DNA of 64,000 nt from Escherichia coli (GTDB taxonomy: Bacteria > Pseudomonadota > Gammaproteobacteria > Enterobacterales > Enterobacteriaceae): assembly GCF_041248615.1 (NCBI RefSeq), contig NZ_CP158426.1. One strand, 5' to 3'. The notes beneath the pieces are model-generated. The model was not told where the DNA came from, did no database searches, and saw only the letters and a list, made by a program, of their open reading frames with translations. A program made the translations under genes and the position numbers. This document shows positions 27,061-38,595 of the stretch, one piece after another (the first letter of the stretch is position 1; each line of letters opens with the position of its first letter).

Positions 27061-27906
27061 TTATTTCAATGGCTCAACCGGTAAATCTGCCCGTGCGCCC
27101 CATTCACTCCATGCGCCGTCGTACAGTTTCACGTTTGGCACATCCAGCGTCGCGAGTGCCAACAAAACCACGGCTGCCGTTACACCAGAACCGCAACTGA
27201 CGATAATAGGTTTGTCATAACTTACGCCGCGACCAAAAAATATCGCATCCAGTTCATCGGTCGTTTTTAGTTCGCCTTCACGTACCAGTTCTGTCCACGG
27301 AACGTTAAACGCGCCGGGAATATGTCCGCGACGTAAACCTGGGCGAGGTTCATCAACTTCTGCGTTAAAACGTGCAGCCGGGCGGGCATCAATAATTTGC
27401 GCCGTATTTTCATGGCTTGCCAATAACACATCGGTGACTTTCACCACGGCTTCAGGATTAAACGTGGCGTTAAACTCTCCTTCCGGCAGCTCTACTGCAC
27501 CTTCTTCTAACAGCAGATCATCGCGCTGCCAGCCTGCAAGTCCACCCCCCAGAATCGACACTTTCTCTACACCAAAGGTGCGCAGCATCCACCATGCTCG
27601 TGGGGCTGAGAAAAGATTACCTTCGTCATAGACAATCAGGTGCTTATCCTGGTTAACGCCTAATTCACGCATCGCCACGGCGAACGTTTCCGGGCGCGGC
27701 AGCATGTGCGGAAGCGGGGAAGTGTGATCAGAAAGCGCTTCGATATCAAAAAACACTGCGCCGGGAATATGTCCATTCAGATACTCCTGAGCAACGTTAC
27801 GATCTTCCTGTCCAGGCGACGCCATGCGGGCATCAATAATCTGAATTTCCGGGTCATCAATATGTTCGGCGAGCCAGTCGGCTCCTACAAACCATGTCGT
27901 GGACAT
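27061..27906 (-). CDS. sseA: 3-mercaptopyruvate sulfurtransferase (tandem rhodanese domains)
   Basis: 281 aa from MSTTWFVGADWLAEHIDDPEIQ with catalytic Cys in SCGSGVTA. The tracked ORF extends 53 codons upstream. Confidence 0.85.
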   Translation of the reverse strand: MSTTWFVGADWLAEHIDDPEIQIIDARMASPGQEDRNVAQEYLNGHIPGAVFFDIEALSDHTSPLPHMLPRPETFAVAMRELGVNQDKHLIVYDEGNLFSAPRAWWMLRTFGVEKVSILGGGLAGWQRDDLLLEEGAVELPEGEFNATFNPEAVVKVTDVLLASHENTAQIIDARPAARFNAEVDEPRPGLRRGHIPGAFNVPWTELVREGELKTTDELDAIFFGRGVSYDKPIIVSCGSGVTAAVVLLALATLDVPNVKLYDGAWSEWGARADLPVEPLK

Positions 27907-28112
27907 AGGCATCTCCATTTTTGCCGGGGTTAGGCTAAATTGTCGGATGTTTAGTGAAAGGCGACAAGCAAAAGAGGCTGATTTGGCTGTCTGAGCCACA
28001 ATTCTCACTAAAATTCGGATTGTATGGGCGTGATACTGAATTACATAACGTAAATTCTCACGCATAATAATTATTCGACGTTGCTAACGGGCCATTGTGG
28101 CAGGGATGAAAA

Positions 28113-31100
28113 ATGAAAAAGTTACGCGTAGCCGCCTGCATGCTAATGCTGGCGCTGGCAGGGTGCGACAACAACGATAACGCGCCAACAGCGGTGAAAA
28201 AAGATGCGCCTTCTGAAGTTACTAAAGCGGCTTCTTCAGAAAACGTGAGTTCAGCAAAACTTTCCGCGCCGGAGCGACAAAAACTGGCCCAACAGAGTGC
28301 CGGTAAGGCGCTGACATTGCTGGATCTCTCTGAAGTTCAACTTGATGGCGCAGCCACGCTGGTGCTGACGTTCTCCATTCCTCTCGACCCGGATCAGGAT
28401 TTCTCACGCGTTATCCATGTCGTCGATAAGAAAAGCGGCAAAGTGGATGGTGCCTGGGAGCTGTCAGATAATCTTAAAGAGTTGCGTTTACGCCACCTCG
28501 AACCGAAACGTGATTTGATCGTCACTATTGGCAAGGAGGTCAAAGCACTCAACAACGCAACCTTCAGTAAAGATTACGAAAAAACTATAACTACCCGCGA
28601 TATCCAACCCAGCGTCGGTTTTGCCAGCCGTGGCTCGTTGTTACCCGGTAAAGTTATTGAAGGGCTGCCGGTAATGGCGCTCAACGTTAACAATGTCGAT
28701 GTTAACTTCTTCCGTGTTAAGCCAGAATCTCTGCCTGCATTCATTAGCCAATGGGAATACCGCAATTCGCTGGCGAACTGGCAGTCTGAAAAACTGCTGC
28801 AGATGGCGGATCTGGTTTATACCGGACGGTTTGATCTCATTCCTGCGCGTAACACCCGTGAAAAATTATTGCTGCCGCTGGGCGATATCAAACCGCTTCA
28901 GCAGGCAGGCGTGTATCTGGCTGTGATGAATCAGGCTGGACGTTACGATTACAGTAATCCAGCGACGCTGTTTACGTTAAGTGATATCGGCGTTTCAGCT
29001 CACCGTTATCACAATCGTCTGGATATCTTTATCCAAAGTCTGGAAAACGGCGCGGCCCAGCAAGGAATAGAAGTCTCTTTATTAAATGAGAAAGGGCAGA
29101 CTCTGACTCAGGCAACCAGTGATGCTCAGGGGCATGTGCAGCTGGAAAATGATAAAAACGCGGCATTACTGCTGGCGCGTAAAGACGGTCAGACAACGCT
29201 ACTCGATTTAAAACTTCCGGCGCTGGACTTAGCAGAATTTAACATTGCTGGCGCGCCAGGCTATAGCAAACAGTTTTTCATGTTTGGCCCGCGCGATCTT
29301 TATCGCCCTGGTGAAACAGTCATCCTCAATGGTTTACTGCGTGATGCAGATGGTAAAGCATTGCCCGATCAACCCATCAAGTTAGACGTGATTAAACCCG
29401 ACGGGCAGGTACTCAGGAGCGTCGTTAGTCAGCCGGAGAATGGCCTCTACCACTTTACCTGGCCACTCGATAGCAATGCGGCAACCGGTATGTGGCATAT
29501 TCGCGCTAACACGGGCGATAACCAGTACCGGATGTGGGATTTCCACGTCGAAGATTTTATGCCAGAGCGCATGGCGCTGAATCTGACCGGTGAGAAAACC
29601 CCGCTAACGCCGAAAAATGAAGTGAAATTCTCCGTGGTGGGGTACTACCTGTATGGTGCGCCTGCTAATGGTAATACTTTGCAAGGGCAACTTTTCCTGC
29701 GCCCACTGCGTGAAGCTGTGTCAGCCTTACCTGGTTTCGAATTCGGCGATATAGCTGCCGAAAATCTTTCCCGCACGCTGGATGAAGTTCAGTTGACGCT
29801 GGATGATAAAGGGCGTGGCGAAGTTTCTACAGAAAGCCAGTGGAAGGAAACGCATTCCCCATTGCAGGTTATTTTCCAGGGTAGTTTGCTGGAATCGGGC
29901 GGTCGCCCGGTGACGCGCCGCGCTGAGCAGGCTATCTGGCCTGCCGATGCATTGCCGGGGATCCGTCCGCAGTTCGCCTCGAAATCGGTTTACGATTATC
30001 GCACTGACAGCACGGTGAAACAGCCCATTGTTGATGAAGGCAGTAACGCCGCTTTTGACATCGTTTATAGCGATGCGCAAGGCGTGAAAAAAGCCGTGTC
30101 GGGCTTGCAGGTGCGCCTGATTCGCGAACGCCGCGATTACTACTGGAACTGGTCAGAAGATGAAGGCTGGCAATCACAGTTTGATCAAAAAGATCTGATT
30201 GAAAATGAACAAACTCTGGATCTGAAAGCGGACGAAACCGGCAAGGTCAGTTTCCCGGTAGAGTGGGGCGCTTATCGTCTGGAAGTCAAAGCGCCGAATG
30301 AAGCGGTCAGTAGTGTGCGTTTCTGGGCTGGCTATAGCTGGCAGGACAACAGCGACGGGAGCGGTGCCGTGCGACCCGACCGTGTCACGCTGAAACTGGA
30401 TAAAGCCAGTTATCGCCCTGGCGATACCATTAAGTTGCATATTGCCGCGCCAACGGCGGGTAAAGGTTATGCGATGGTCGAGTCCAGTGAAGGGCCGCTG
30501 TGGTGGCAAGAGATTGATGTTCCGGCTCAAGGGCTGGATCTGACGATTCCGGTCGATAAAACCTGGAATCGTCATGATCTGTATTTAAGTACGCTGGTGG
30601 TACGTCCTGGCGATAAATCTCGCTCCGCGACGCCAAAACGCGCGGTTGGGGTGTTGCATCTGCCGCTTGGTGATGAAAACCGTCGCCTCGATCTGGCGCT
30701 GGAAACCCCCACCCAAATGCGCCCCAATCAGCCATTAACCGTGAAAATTAAAGCCAGCAATAAAAACGGTGAGATGCCAAAACAGGTGAATGTGCTGGTG
30801 TCTGCCGTTGATAGCGGTGTGCTAAATATTACTGATTACGTTACCCCCGATCCGTGGCAGGCGTTCTTTGGTCAGAAACGCTATGGTGCAGACATTTACG
30901 ATATTTACGGTCAGGTCATTGAAGGTCAGGGGCGTCTGGCAGCTCTGCGTTTTGGTGGCGATGGTGATGAGCTGAAACGTGGTGGTAAACCGCCGGTCAA
31001 TCACGTCAAAATTGTCGCGCAGCAGGCGCTGCCGGTAACGCTCAACGAACAGGGTGAAGGCTCGGTTACACTGCCGATTGGTGATTTTAACGGTGAATTG

Positions 31101-33074
31101 CGCGTCATGGCGCAAGCCTGGACGGCAGATGACTTCGGTAGCAACGAAAGCAAAGTGATAGTTGCCGCACCGGTGATTGCTGAACTGAACATGCCGCGCT
31201 TTATGGCGAGTGGCGATACCTCGCGTCTGACGCTGGATATCACTAATCTTACCGATAAACCGCAAAAACTGAACGTTGCCCTGACCGCCAGTGGTTTGCT
31301 TGAACTGGTTAGCAACTCTCCCGCACCTGTTGAATTAGCGCCAGGTGTGCGTACTACGCTGTTTATCCCGGTGCGAGCATTGCAAGGTTATGGCGATGGA
31401 GAAATTCAGGCCACCATTAGCGGGTTAGCGTTACCGGGTGAAACCGTTGCCGATCAGCATAAGCAGTGGAAAATCGGCGTCCGTCCAGCGTTCCCGGCAC
31501 AAACGGTTAATTACGGTACGGCGTTGCAGCCTGGTGAAACCTGGGCGCTCCCGGCGGATGGATTGCAAAACTTCTCGCCTGTTACGCTGCAAGGTCAGCT
31601 ATTGTTGAGCGGCAAACCACCGCTGAACATCGCACGTTATATCAAAGAGTTAAAAGCGTATCCGTACGGCTGTCTTGAGCAAACCGCCAGCGGCCTGTTC
31701 CCGTCACTTTATACCAATGCAGCCCAACTGCAGGCGTTGGGCATCAAAGGCGATAGTGATGAGAAACGCCGTGCATCGGTCGATATCGGCATTTCCCGTT
31801 TGCTGCAAATGCAACGTGATAACGGCGGCTTTGCGCTGTGGGATAAAAACGGTGACGAAGAGTACTGGCTGACGGCTTACGTGATGGATTTCCTGGTCCG
31901 CGCAGGCGAACAGGGTTACAGCGTGCCGACGGACGCCATTAACCGGGGTAATGAGCGTCTGCTGCGCTATTTACAAGATCCGGGCATGATATCGATCCCG
32001 TACGCTGATAATCTCAAAGACAGTAAATTCGCCGTACAGTCTTACGCTGCGCTGGTGTTGGCCCGTCAGCAAAAAGCACCACTGGGTGCGCTGCGTGAAA
32101 TCTGGGAGCATCGTGCAGATGCCGCTTCTGGTTTACCGCTGCTGCAACTTGGCGTTGCGCTGAAAACCATGGGTGATGCGACGCGTGGTGAAGAAGCAAT
32201 TGCGTTGGCGCTGAAAACGCCGCGTAATAGTGATGAGCGGATATGGCTGGGTGATTACGGTAGTCCACTGCGCGACAACGCGTTGATGCTCTCCTTGCTG
32301 GAAGAAAATAAACTGCTACCCGATGAGCAGAACGCTTTGCTGAACACGCTTTCGCAGCAGGCATTTGGTGAACGCTGGCTATCGACGCAGGAAAGTAACG
32401 CGTTGTTCCTGGCTGCCCGTACGGTTCAGGATTTACCGGGCAAATGGCAGGCGCAAACCACTTTCTCTGCTGAGCCGCTGACAGGCGAGAAAGCGCAAAC
32501 CAGCAATCTGAATAGCGATCAACTTGCCACCTTGCAGGTGACCAACAGTGGCGATCAGCCGTTATGGCTGCGTGTGGATGCCAGCGGTTATCCGCAATCC
32601 GCACCTTTACCGGCGAACAATGTGCTGCAAATCGAGCGTCATATTCTTGGTACTGATGGTAAGAGCAAATCGCTGGACTCGTTACGTAGCGGCGATCTGG
32701 TGCTGGTCTGGTTGCAGGTTAAAGCCAGTAACAGCGTGCCGGATGCGTTAGTCGTGGATCTGCTGCCTGCGGGTCTGGAACTGGAAAACCAGAATCTGGC
32801 GAACGGTAGCGCCAGCCTGGAGCAAAGTGGTGGCGAAGTGCAGAACTTACTGAACCAGATGCAGCAGGCGAGCATTAAGCACATTGAGTTCCGTGACGAT
32901 CGCTTTGTGGCGGCGGTTGCCGTTGATGAATACCAACCGGTAACGCTGGTGTATCTGGCGCGGGCGGTGACGCCGGGAACGTATCAGGTACCGCAACCGA
33001 TGGTGGAATCAATGTATGTTCCCCAATGGCGGGCGACCGGCGCGGCTGAAGATTTGCTGATTGTCAGACCATAA
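28113..33074 (+). CDS. yfhM: Alpha-2-macroglobulin family lipoprotein
   Basis: 1653 aa with lipoprotein signal and lipobox LAGC, and thioester motif CLEQ (YPYGCLEQTAS). Immediately followed by pbpC. Confidence 0.9.
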   Translation: MKKLRVAACMLMLALAGCDNNDNAPTAVKKDAPSEVTKAASSENVSSAKLSAPERQKLAQQSAGKALTLLDLSEVQLDGAATLVLTFSIPLDPDQDFSRVIHVVDKKSGKVDGAWELSDNLKELRLRHLEPKRDLIVTIGKEVKALNNATFSKDYEKTITTRDIQPSVGFASRGSLLPGKVIEGLPVMALNVNNVDVNFFRVKPESLPAFISQWEYRNSLANWQSEKLLQMADLVYTGRFDLIPARNTREKLLLPLGDIKPLQQAGVYLAVMNQAGRYDYSNPATLFTLSDIGVSAHRYHNRLDIFIQSLENGAAQQGIEVSLLNEKGQTLTQATSDAQGHVQLENDKNAALLLARKDGQTTLLDLKLPALDLAEFNIAGAPGYSKQFFMFGPRDLYRPGETVILNGLLRDADGKALPDQPIKLDVIKPDGQVLRSVVSQPENGLYHFTWPLDSNAATGMWHIRANTGDNQYRMWDFHVEDFMPERMALNLTGEKTPLTPKNEVKFSVVGYYLYGAPANGNTLQGQLFLRPLREAVSALPGFEFGDIAAENLSRTLDEVQLTLDDKGRGEVSTESQWKETHSPLQVIFQGSLLESGGRPVTRRAEQAIWPADALPGIRPQFASKSVYDYRTDSTVKQPIVDEGSNAAFDIVYSDAQGVKKAVSGLQVRLIRERRDYYWNWSEDEGWQSQFDQKDLIENEQTLDLKADETGKVSFPVEWGAYRLEVKAPNEAVSSVRFWAGYSWQDNSDGSGAVRPDRVTLKLDKASYRPGDTIKLHIAAPTAGKGYAMVESSEGPLWWQEIDVPAQGLDLTIPVDKTWNRHDLYLSTLVVRPGDKSRSATPKRAVGVLHLPLGDENRRLDLALETPTQMRPNQPLTVKIKASNKNGEMPKQVNVLVSAVDSGVLNITDYVTPDPWQAFFGQKRYGADIYDIYGQVIEGQGRLAALRFGGDGDELKRGGKPPVNHVKIVAQQALPVTLNEQGEGSVTLPIGDFNGELRVMAQAWTADDFGSNESKVIVAAPVIAELNMPRFMASGDTSRLTLDITNLTDKPQKLNVALTASGLLELVSNSPAPVELAPGVRTTLFIPVRALQGYGDGEIQATISGLALPGETVADQHKQWKIGVRPAFPAQTVNYGTALQPGETWALPADGLQNFSPVTLQGQLLLSGKPPLNIARYIKELKAYPYGCLEQTASGLFPSLYTNAAQLQALGIKGDSDEKRRASVDIGISRLLQMQRDNGGFALWDKNGDEEYWLTAYVMDFLVRAGEQGYSVPTDAINRGNERLLRYLQDPGMISIPYADNLKDSKFAVQSYAALVLARQQKAPLGALREIWEHRADAASGLPLLQLGVALKTMGDATRGEEAIALALKTPRNSDERIWLGDYGSPLRDNALMLSLLEENKLLPDEQNALLNTLSQQAFGERWLSTQESNALFLAARTVQDLPGKWQAQTTFSAEPLTGEKAQTSNLNSDQLATLQVTNSGDQPLWLRVDASGYPQSAPLPANNVLQIERHILGTDGKSKSLDSLRSGDLVLVWLQVKASNSVPDALVVDLLPAGLELENQNLANGSASLEQSGGEVQNLLNQMQQASIKHIEFRDDRFVAAVAVDEYQPVTLVYLARAVTPGTYQVPQPMVESMYVPQWRATGAAEDLLIVRP

Positions 33075-35387
33075 ATGCCTCGCCTGTTAACCAAACGCGG
33101 CTGCTGGATAACGCTGGCAGCCGCGCCCTTTCTCCTTTTTCTTGCAGCGTGGGGAGCAGATAAACTCTGGCCTCTACCGCTGCATGAAGTCAATCCCGCA
33201 CGAGTGGTCGTGGCGCAGGATGGTACGCCGCTCTGGCGCTTTGCCGATGCGGACGGCATCTGGCGTTATCCGGTAACAATCGAAGATGTTTCTCCACGTT
33301 ACCTTGACGCGCTGATCAATTATGAAGATCGCTGGTTCTGGAAGCATCCGGGGGTGAATCCATTCTCGGTGGCGCGCGCAGCATGGCAAGATCTCACTTC
33401 GGGACGGGTTATTTCCGGTGGCAGCACGCTCACTATGCAGGTTGCTCGTCTGCTTGATCCTCACCCCAAAACATTTGGCGGTAAAATTCGCCAGCTCTGG
33501 CGCGCGTTGCAACTGGAGTGGCATCTGTCTAAGCGTGAAATTCTGACCTTGTATCTAAACCGCGCTCCGTTTGGCGGTACGTTGCAGGGGATCGGTGCGG
33601 CAAGTTGGGCTTATCTCGGAAAATCGCCTGCGAATTTAAGCTATTCCGAGGCGGCAATGCTGGCGGTGTTGCCGCAAGCGCCCAGCCGACTACGCCCGGA
33701 TCGCTGGCCGGAACGTGCCGAAGCCGCGCGTAATAAAGTTCTCGAACGGATGGCCGTGCAAGGTGTGTGGTCCCGTGAGCAGGTAAAAGAGTCAAGGGAA
33801 GAACCCATCTGGCTGGCACCCCGACAAATGCCGCAACTGGCACCGCTGTTTTCGCGCATGATGCTCGGTAAAAGCAAAAGCGACAAAATCGTTACTACGC
33901 TGGATGCCGGTCTTCAACGACGTCTGGAAGAACTGGCGCAAAACTGGAAAGGACGATTACCACCGCGCAGCTCACTGGCGATGATCGTGGTTGATCATAC
34001 CGATATGCGTGTTCGCGGCTGGGTGGGTTCGGTTGATCTCAACGATGATTCACGCTTTGGTCATGTTGATATGGTCAATGCGATCCGATCGCCAGGATCG
34101 GTGCTCAAACCGTTTGTTTATGGTCTGGCGCTGGATGAAGGCTTGATCCACCCGGCATCACTGCTGCAAGACGTTCCCCGGCGCACCGGTGATTATCGAC
34201 CAGGTAACTTTGATAGCGGTTTTCATGGCCCGATCAGCATGAGCGAGGCGCTGGTGCGCTCGCTGAATTTACCTGCTGTGCAGGTGCTGGAAGCCTATGG
34301 ACCGAAACGGTTTGCGGCAAAATTACGCAATGTTGGATTGCCGTTGTATCTGCCCAACGGCGCTGCGCCGAATCTTTCGCTCATTCTCGGCGGCGCTGGT
34401 GCAAAACTGGAAGATATGGCGGCAGCGTATACCGCGTTTGCTCGCCACGGCAAGGCAGGTAAATTGCGCTTACAGCCTGACGATCCGCTGCTTGAACGGC
34501 CTTTAATGTCGTCGGGGGCTGCGTGGATCATTCGCCGGATTATGGCTGATGAAGCGCAACCCTTGCCGGATGGTGCCTTGCCGCGCGTCGCCCCACTGGC
34601 ATGGAAAACGGGCACCAGCTATGGCTATCGTGATGCCTGGGCGATTGGGGTTAACGCTCGCTATGTCATTGGGATCTGGACTGGCAGACCGGACGGCACG
34701 CCCGTTGTTGGTCAGTTTGGCTTTGCCAGCGCCGTACCATTGTTGAATCAGGTCAATAATATCTTACTGTCGCGCAGTGCGAATCTGCCGGAAGACCCAC
34801 GTCCTGACTCTGTCACTCGTGGCGTTATCTGCTGGCCGGGCGGACAGTCTTTGCCGGAAGGTGACGGTAACTGTCGCCGCCGCCTGGCAACCTGGCTACT
34901 GGACGGGAGCCAGCCGCCAACTCTATTACTGCCGGAGCAGGAAGGCATTAATGGCATTCGTTTCCCCATCTGGCTGGATGAAAACGGCAAACGTGTTGCC
35001 GCTGATTGCCCTCAGGCGCGACAAGAAATGATAAATGTCTGGCCGCTACCACTGGAACCCTGGTTACCCGCATCAGAACGTCGCGCTGTGCGCTTACCAC
35101 CGGCCTCGACAATTTGCCCGCCATACGGTCACGATGCACAACTCCCGCTGCAGCTGACAGGCGTGCGCGATGGCGCGATTATTAAACGCTTACCGGGGGC
35201 AGCGGAAGCGACTTTGCCGTTGCAATCAAGTGGAGGGGCAGGTGAACGCTGGTGGTTTCTGAATGGCGAACCGCTAACTGAACGCGGGCGCAACGTGACC
35301 CTGCATTTGACGGACAAAGGCGATTATCAATTGCTGGTGATGGATGAGGTGGGGCAAATAGCAGCAGTGAAATTTGTCATGCAATAG
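33075..35387 (+). CDS. pbpC: Penicillin-binding protein 1C (transglycosylase/transpeptidase)
   Basis: 770 aa with glycosyltransferase motifs (EDRWFWKHPG, RQLWRALQLEW) and transpeptidase motifs SxxK and KTGTS. Confidence 0.9.
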   Translation: MPRLLTKRGCWITLAAAPFLLFLAAWGADKLWPLPLHEVNPARVVVAQDGTPLWRFADADGIWRYPVTIEDVSPRYLDALINYEDRWFWKHPGVNPFSVARAAWQDLTSGRVISGGSTLTMQVARLLDPHPKTFGGKIRQLWRALQLEWHLSKREILTLYLNRAPFGGTLQGIGAASWAYLGKSPANLSYSEAAMLAVLPQAPSRLRPDRWPERAEAARNKVLERMAVQGVWSREQVKESREEPIWLAPRQMPQLAPLFSRMMLGKSKSDKIVTTLDAGLQRRLEELAQNWKGRLPPRSSLAMIVVDHTDMRVRGWVGSVDLNDDSRFGHVDMVNAIRSPGSVLKPFVYGLALDEGLIHPASLLQDVPRRTGDYRPGNFDSGFHGPISMSEALVRSLNLPAVQVLEAYGPKRFAAKLRNVGLPLYLPNGAAPNLSLILGGAGAKLEDMAAAYTAFARHGKAGKLRLQPDDPLLERPLMSSGAAWIIRRIMADEAQPLPDGALPRVAPLAWKTGTSYGYRDAWAIGVNARYVIGIWTGRPDGTPVVGQFGFASAVPLLNQVNNILLSRSANLPEDPRPDSVTRGVICWPGGQSLPEGDGNCRRRLATWLLDGSQPPTLLLPEQEGINGIRFPIWLDENGKRVAADCPQARQEMINVWPLPLEPWLPASERRAVRLPPASTICPPYGHDAQLPLQLTGVRDGAIIKRLPGAAEATLPLQSSGGAGERWWFLNGEPLTERGRNVTLHLTDKGDYQLLVMDEVGQIAAVKFVMQ

Positions 35388-35535
35388 TCTGTTTTGTCCC
35401 TGATTGTTGCTTAAACTAGGTTTATTTTAAAAAAATGTTACCTTCATCAATAGTCAACGGCCCTGTTGCTCATTATAATCCGCGCCATCTCGTACGCTGG
35501 TACAGACAACAACAGAACAATTTACAGAGGTAAAA

Positions 35536-35967
35536 ATGGCTATTGAACGTACTTTTTCCATCATCAAACCGAACGCGGTAGCAAAAAACGTCATAGGTAA
35601 TATCTTTGCGCGCTTTGAAGCTGCAGGGTTCAAAATTGTCGGCACCAAAATGCTGCACCTGACCGTTGAACAGGCTCGTGGCTTTTATGCTGAACACGAT
35701 GGAAAACCGTTCTTTGATGGTCTGGTTGAATTCATGATCTCTGGCCCGATCGTGGTTTCCGTGCTGGAGGGTGAAAACGCCGTTCAGCGTCACCGCGATC
35801 TGCTGGGCGCGACCAATCCGGCAAACGCACTGGCCGGTACTCTGCGTGCTGATTACGCTGACAGCCTGACCGAAAATGGTACCCACGGTTCTGATTCCGT
35901 CGAATCTGCCGCTCGCGAAATCGCTTATTTCTTCGGCGAAGGCGAAGTGTGCTCGCGCACCCGTTAA
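35536..35967 (+). CDS. ndk: Nucleoside diphosphate kinase
   Basis: 143 aa, [15 protein letters not shown] with active-site NGTHGSDS. Confidence 0.95.
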   Translation: MAIERTFSIIKPNAVAKNVIGNIFARFEAAGFKIVGTKMLHLTVEQARGFYAEHDGKPFFDGLVEFMISGPIVVSVLEGENAVQRHRDLLGATNPANALAGTLRADYADSLTENGTHGSDSVESAAREIAYFFGEGEVCSRTR

Positions 35968-36027
35968 TAATTTCGTAAATGCCGCGTGCAAACGTGGCAT
36001 CCGTGCGCCAGAATTTGTACAATGCAG

Positions 36028-36069
36028 CGCCCCCGGACGAGCAGCCGCTCACCGGGGCGTTTCTTTTTT
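36028..36069 (+). terminator. Putative intrinsic terminator downstream of ndk
   Basis: GC stem cgccccgg/ccggggcg followed by tttctttttt. Confidence 0.55.
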
Positions 36070-36116
36070 CAACCCTCCAGGGGCCATAACGTGTAATAAC
36101 GAGGCCGGAATAGCAT

Positions 36117-37271
36117 ATGTCTGAACAATTAGTCACACCTGAAAACGTCACCACGAAAGATGGAAAAATCAACCTGCTGGATCTCAACCGTCAGCAGATG
36201 CGGGAGTTTTTTAAAGATTTAGGTGAAAAACCCTTCCGCGCCGATCAGGTGATGAAGTGGATGTATCACTATTGCTGCGACAACTTTGATGAGATGACCG
36301 ACATCAACAAAGTGTTGCGCGGCAAACTGAAAGAGGTGGCGGAGATCCGCGCACCGGAAGTGGTTGAAGAACAGCGTTCATCTGACGGCACCATTAAATG
36401 GGCAATTGCCGTTGGCGATCAGCGCGTCGAAACGGTGTATATCCCGGAAGACGACCGTGCCACGCTCTGCGTCTCTTCGCAGGTGGGGTGTGCGCTGGAG
36501 TGTAAATTCTGTTCCACCGCCCAGCAGGGCTTTAACCGCAACCTGCGGGTATCGGAAATTATCGGCCAGGTGTGGCGTGCAGCGAAAATCGTCGGCGCAG
36601 CAAAAGTCACCGGTCAGCGTCCAATCACTAACGTAGTGATGATGGGCATGGGCGAGCCGCTGCTCAACCTGAACAATGTCGTTCCGGCGATGGAAATCAT
36701 GCTTGATGATTTCGGTTTTGGCCTGTCTAAACGTCGCGTGACGCTTTCCACTTCCGGTGTAGTTCCGGCGCTGGATAAACTGGGCGATATGATCGACGTT
36801 GCACTGGCAATTTCCCTGCACGCGCCGAACGACGAAATTCGTGACGAAATTGTGCCGATCAACAAAAAGTACAATATCGAAACGTTCCTTGCTGCGGTAC
36901 GCCGTTATCTGGAGAAATCCAACGCCAATCAGGGCCGAGTCACTATTGAATACGTGATGCTTGACCACGTTAACGACGGCACTGAACACGCGCACCAACT
37001 GGCGGAGCTACTGAAAGATACGCCGTGTAAGATCAACCTGATCCCGTGGAACCCGTTCCCTGGCGCGCCATATGGACGCAGTTCGAACAGCCGTATCGAC
37101 CGTTTCTCAAAAGTGCTGATGAGCTACGGTTTCACCACTATTGTGCGTAAAACTCGTGGTGATGATATCGATGCTGCCTGTGGTCAGTTGGCGGGCGATG
37201 TTATCGACCGTACGAAACGTACCCTGCGTAAACGGATGCAGGGTGAAGCCATCGATATTAAAGCGGTCTGA
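36117..37271 (+). CDS. rlmN: Radical-SAM 23S rRNA/tRNA adenine C2 methyltransferase
   Basis: 384 aa with radical-SAM Cys motif CALECKFC and MGMGEPLLN. Confidence 0.9.
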
Positions 37272-37276
37272 TAGCC

Positions 37277-37318
37277 ATTACGCCACGGTTACTTTATGTA
37301 CCGTGGCGTAATCTTTTA
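37277..37318 (+). terminator. Putative intrinsic terminator downstream of rlmN
   Basis: Perfect 12-bp stem attacgccacgg/ccgtggcgtaat with a 12-nt loop, followed by cttttat. Confidence 0.6.
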
Positions 37319-37555
37319 TGAATGAAGTATTAAGTTGCAATTGTCTGGTCAATATTAACGGTGCGTTTTTGCTGACTTTAAGGCAGTATGTAACGATGCA
37401 ACAGTAAGTTAGCCTTAGTGAATGTGGGCTTTGTCACGAGCACACAGACGGTCTTATACTGTATGATAACGGTTAACTTAACGGATGTTTCGCGGTGTGG
37501 GTGAGCATGATGGTTCACCGGCATCTCAATTCTCATTTAAACGTACCTGCAGCGA

Positions 37556-38569
37556 ATGAATACTGAAGCCACGCACGACCAAAATGAAGCACTTACTACC
37601 GGCGCTCGCCTGCGTAATGCTCGCGAACAACTAGGACTTAGTCAGCAGGCCGTTGCCGAGCGACTTTGCCTGAAGGTTTCCACGGTACGCGACATTGAAG
37701 AAGATAAGGCACCCGCCGATCTTGCTTCAACATTCCTGCGCGGATATATCCGCTCTTATGCGCGTCTGGTACATATTCCAGAAGAAGAACTGCTGCCAGG
37801 GCTGGAAAAGCAGGCTCCACTTCGGGCTGCAAAAGTTGCGCCGATGCAGAGTTTTTCCCTCGGTAAACGCCGCAAAAAACGCGACGGCTGGCTGATGACC
37901 TTCACCTGGCTGGTGTTGTTTGTGGTTATCGGCCTGAGCGGTGCCTGGTGGTGGCAAGACCACAAAGCTCAGCAGGAAGAGATCACCACTATGGCCGATC
38001 AATCTTCGGCGGAATTGAGCAGTAATAGCGAGCAGGGGCAGAGTGTTCCGTTAAATACGTCGACAACTACAGACCCGGCTACAACGTCCACGCCGCCAGC
38101 GTCTGTGGATACTACCGCAACCAACACGCAAACACCTGCCGTAACTGCGCCAGCACCAGCTGTTGATCCGCAACAGAATGCGGTTGTTTCGCCTTCGCAG
38201 GCAAATGTTGATACCGCCGCGACCCCGGCACCAACGGCAACAACAACGCCAGATGGTGCTGCGCCGTTGCCAACCGATCAGGCTGGCGTGACCACGCCGG
38301 CGGCTGATCCGAATGCGCTGGTGATGAACTTTACTGCCGATTGCTGGCTGGAGGTCACTGATGCTACCGGTAAAAAACTGTTTAGCGGGATGCAGCGTAA
38401 AGACGGTAATTTGAATTTAACCGGCCAGGCACCGTATAAACTGAAAATTGGTGCGCCAGCCGCAGTACAGATCCAGTATCAAGGGAAACCTGTCGATCTG
38501 AGTCGTTTTATCAGAACTAACCAGGTTGCGCGTCTGACCCTCAATGCCGAACAATCACCGGCGCAGTAA
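37556..38569 (+). CDS. rodZ: Cytoskeleton protein RodZ
   Basis: 337 aa with N-terminal helix-turn-helix, one TM segment and a Pro/Thr/Ala-rich linker. Confidence 0.9.
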   Translation: MNTEATHDQNEALTTGARLRNAREQLGLSQQAVAERLCLKVSTVRDIEEDKAPADLASTFLRGYIRSYARLVHIPEEELLPGLEKQAPLRAAKVAPMQSFSLGKRRKKRDGWLMTFTWLVLFVVIGLSGAWWWQDHKAQQEEITTMADQSSAELSSNSEQGQSVPLNTSTTTDPATTSTPPASVDTTATNTQTPAVTAPAPAVDPQQNAVVSPSQANVDTAATPAPTATTTPDGAAPLPTDQAGVTTPAADPNALVMNFTADCWLEVTDATGKKLFSGMQRKDGNLNLTGQAPYKLKIGAPAAVQIQYQGKPVDLSRFIRTNQVARLTLNAEQSPAQ

Positions 38570-38595
38570 CAGACGGGTAACGCGGGAGATTTTTC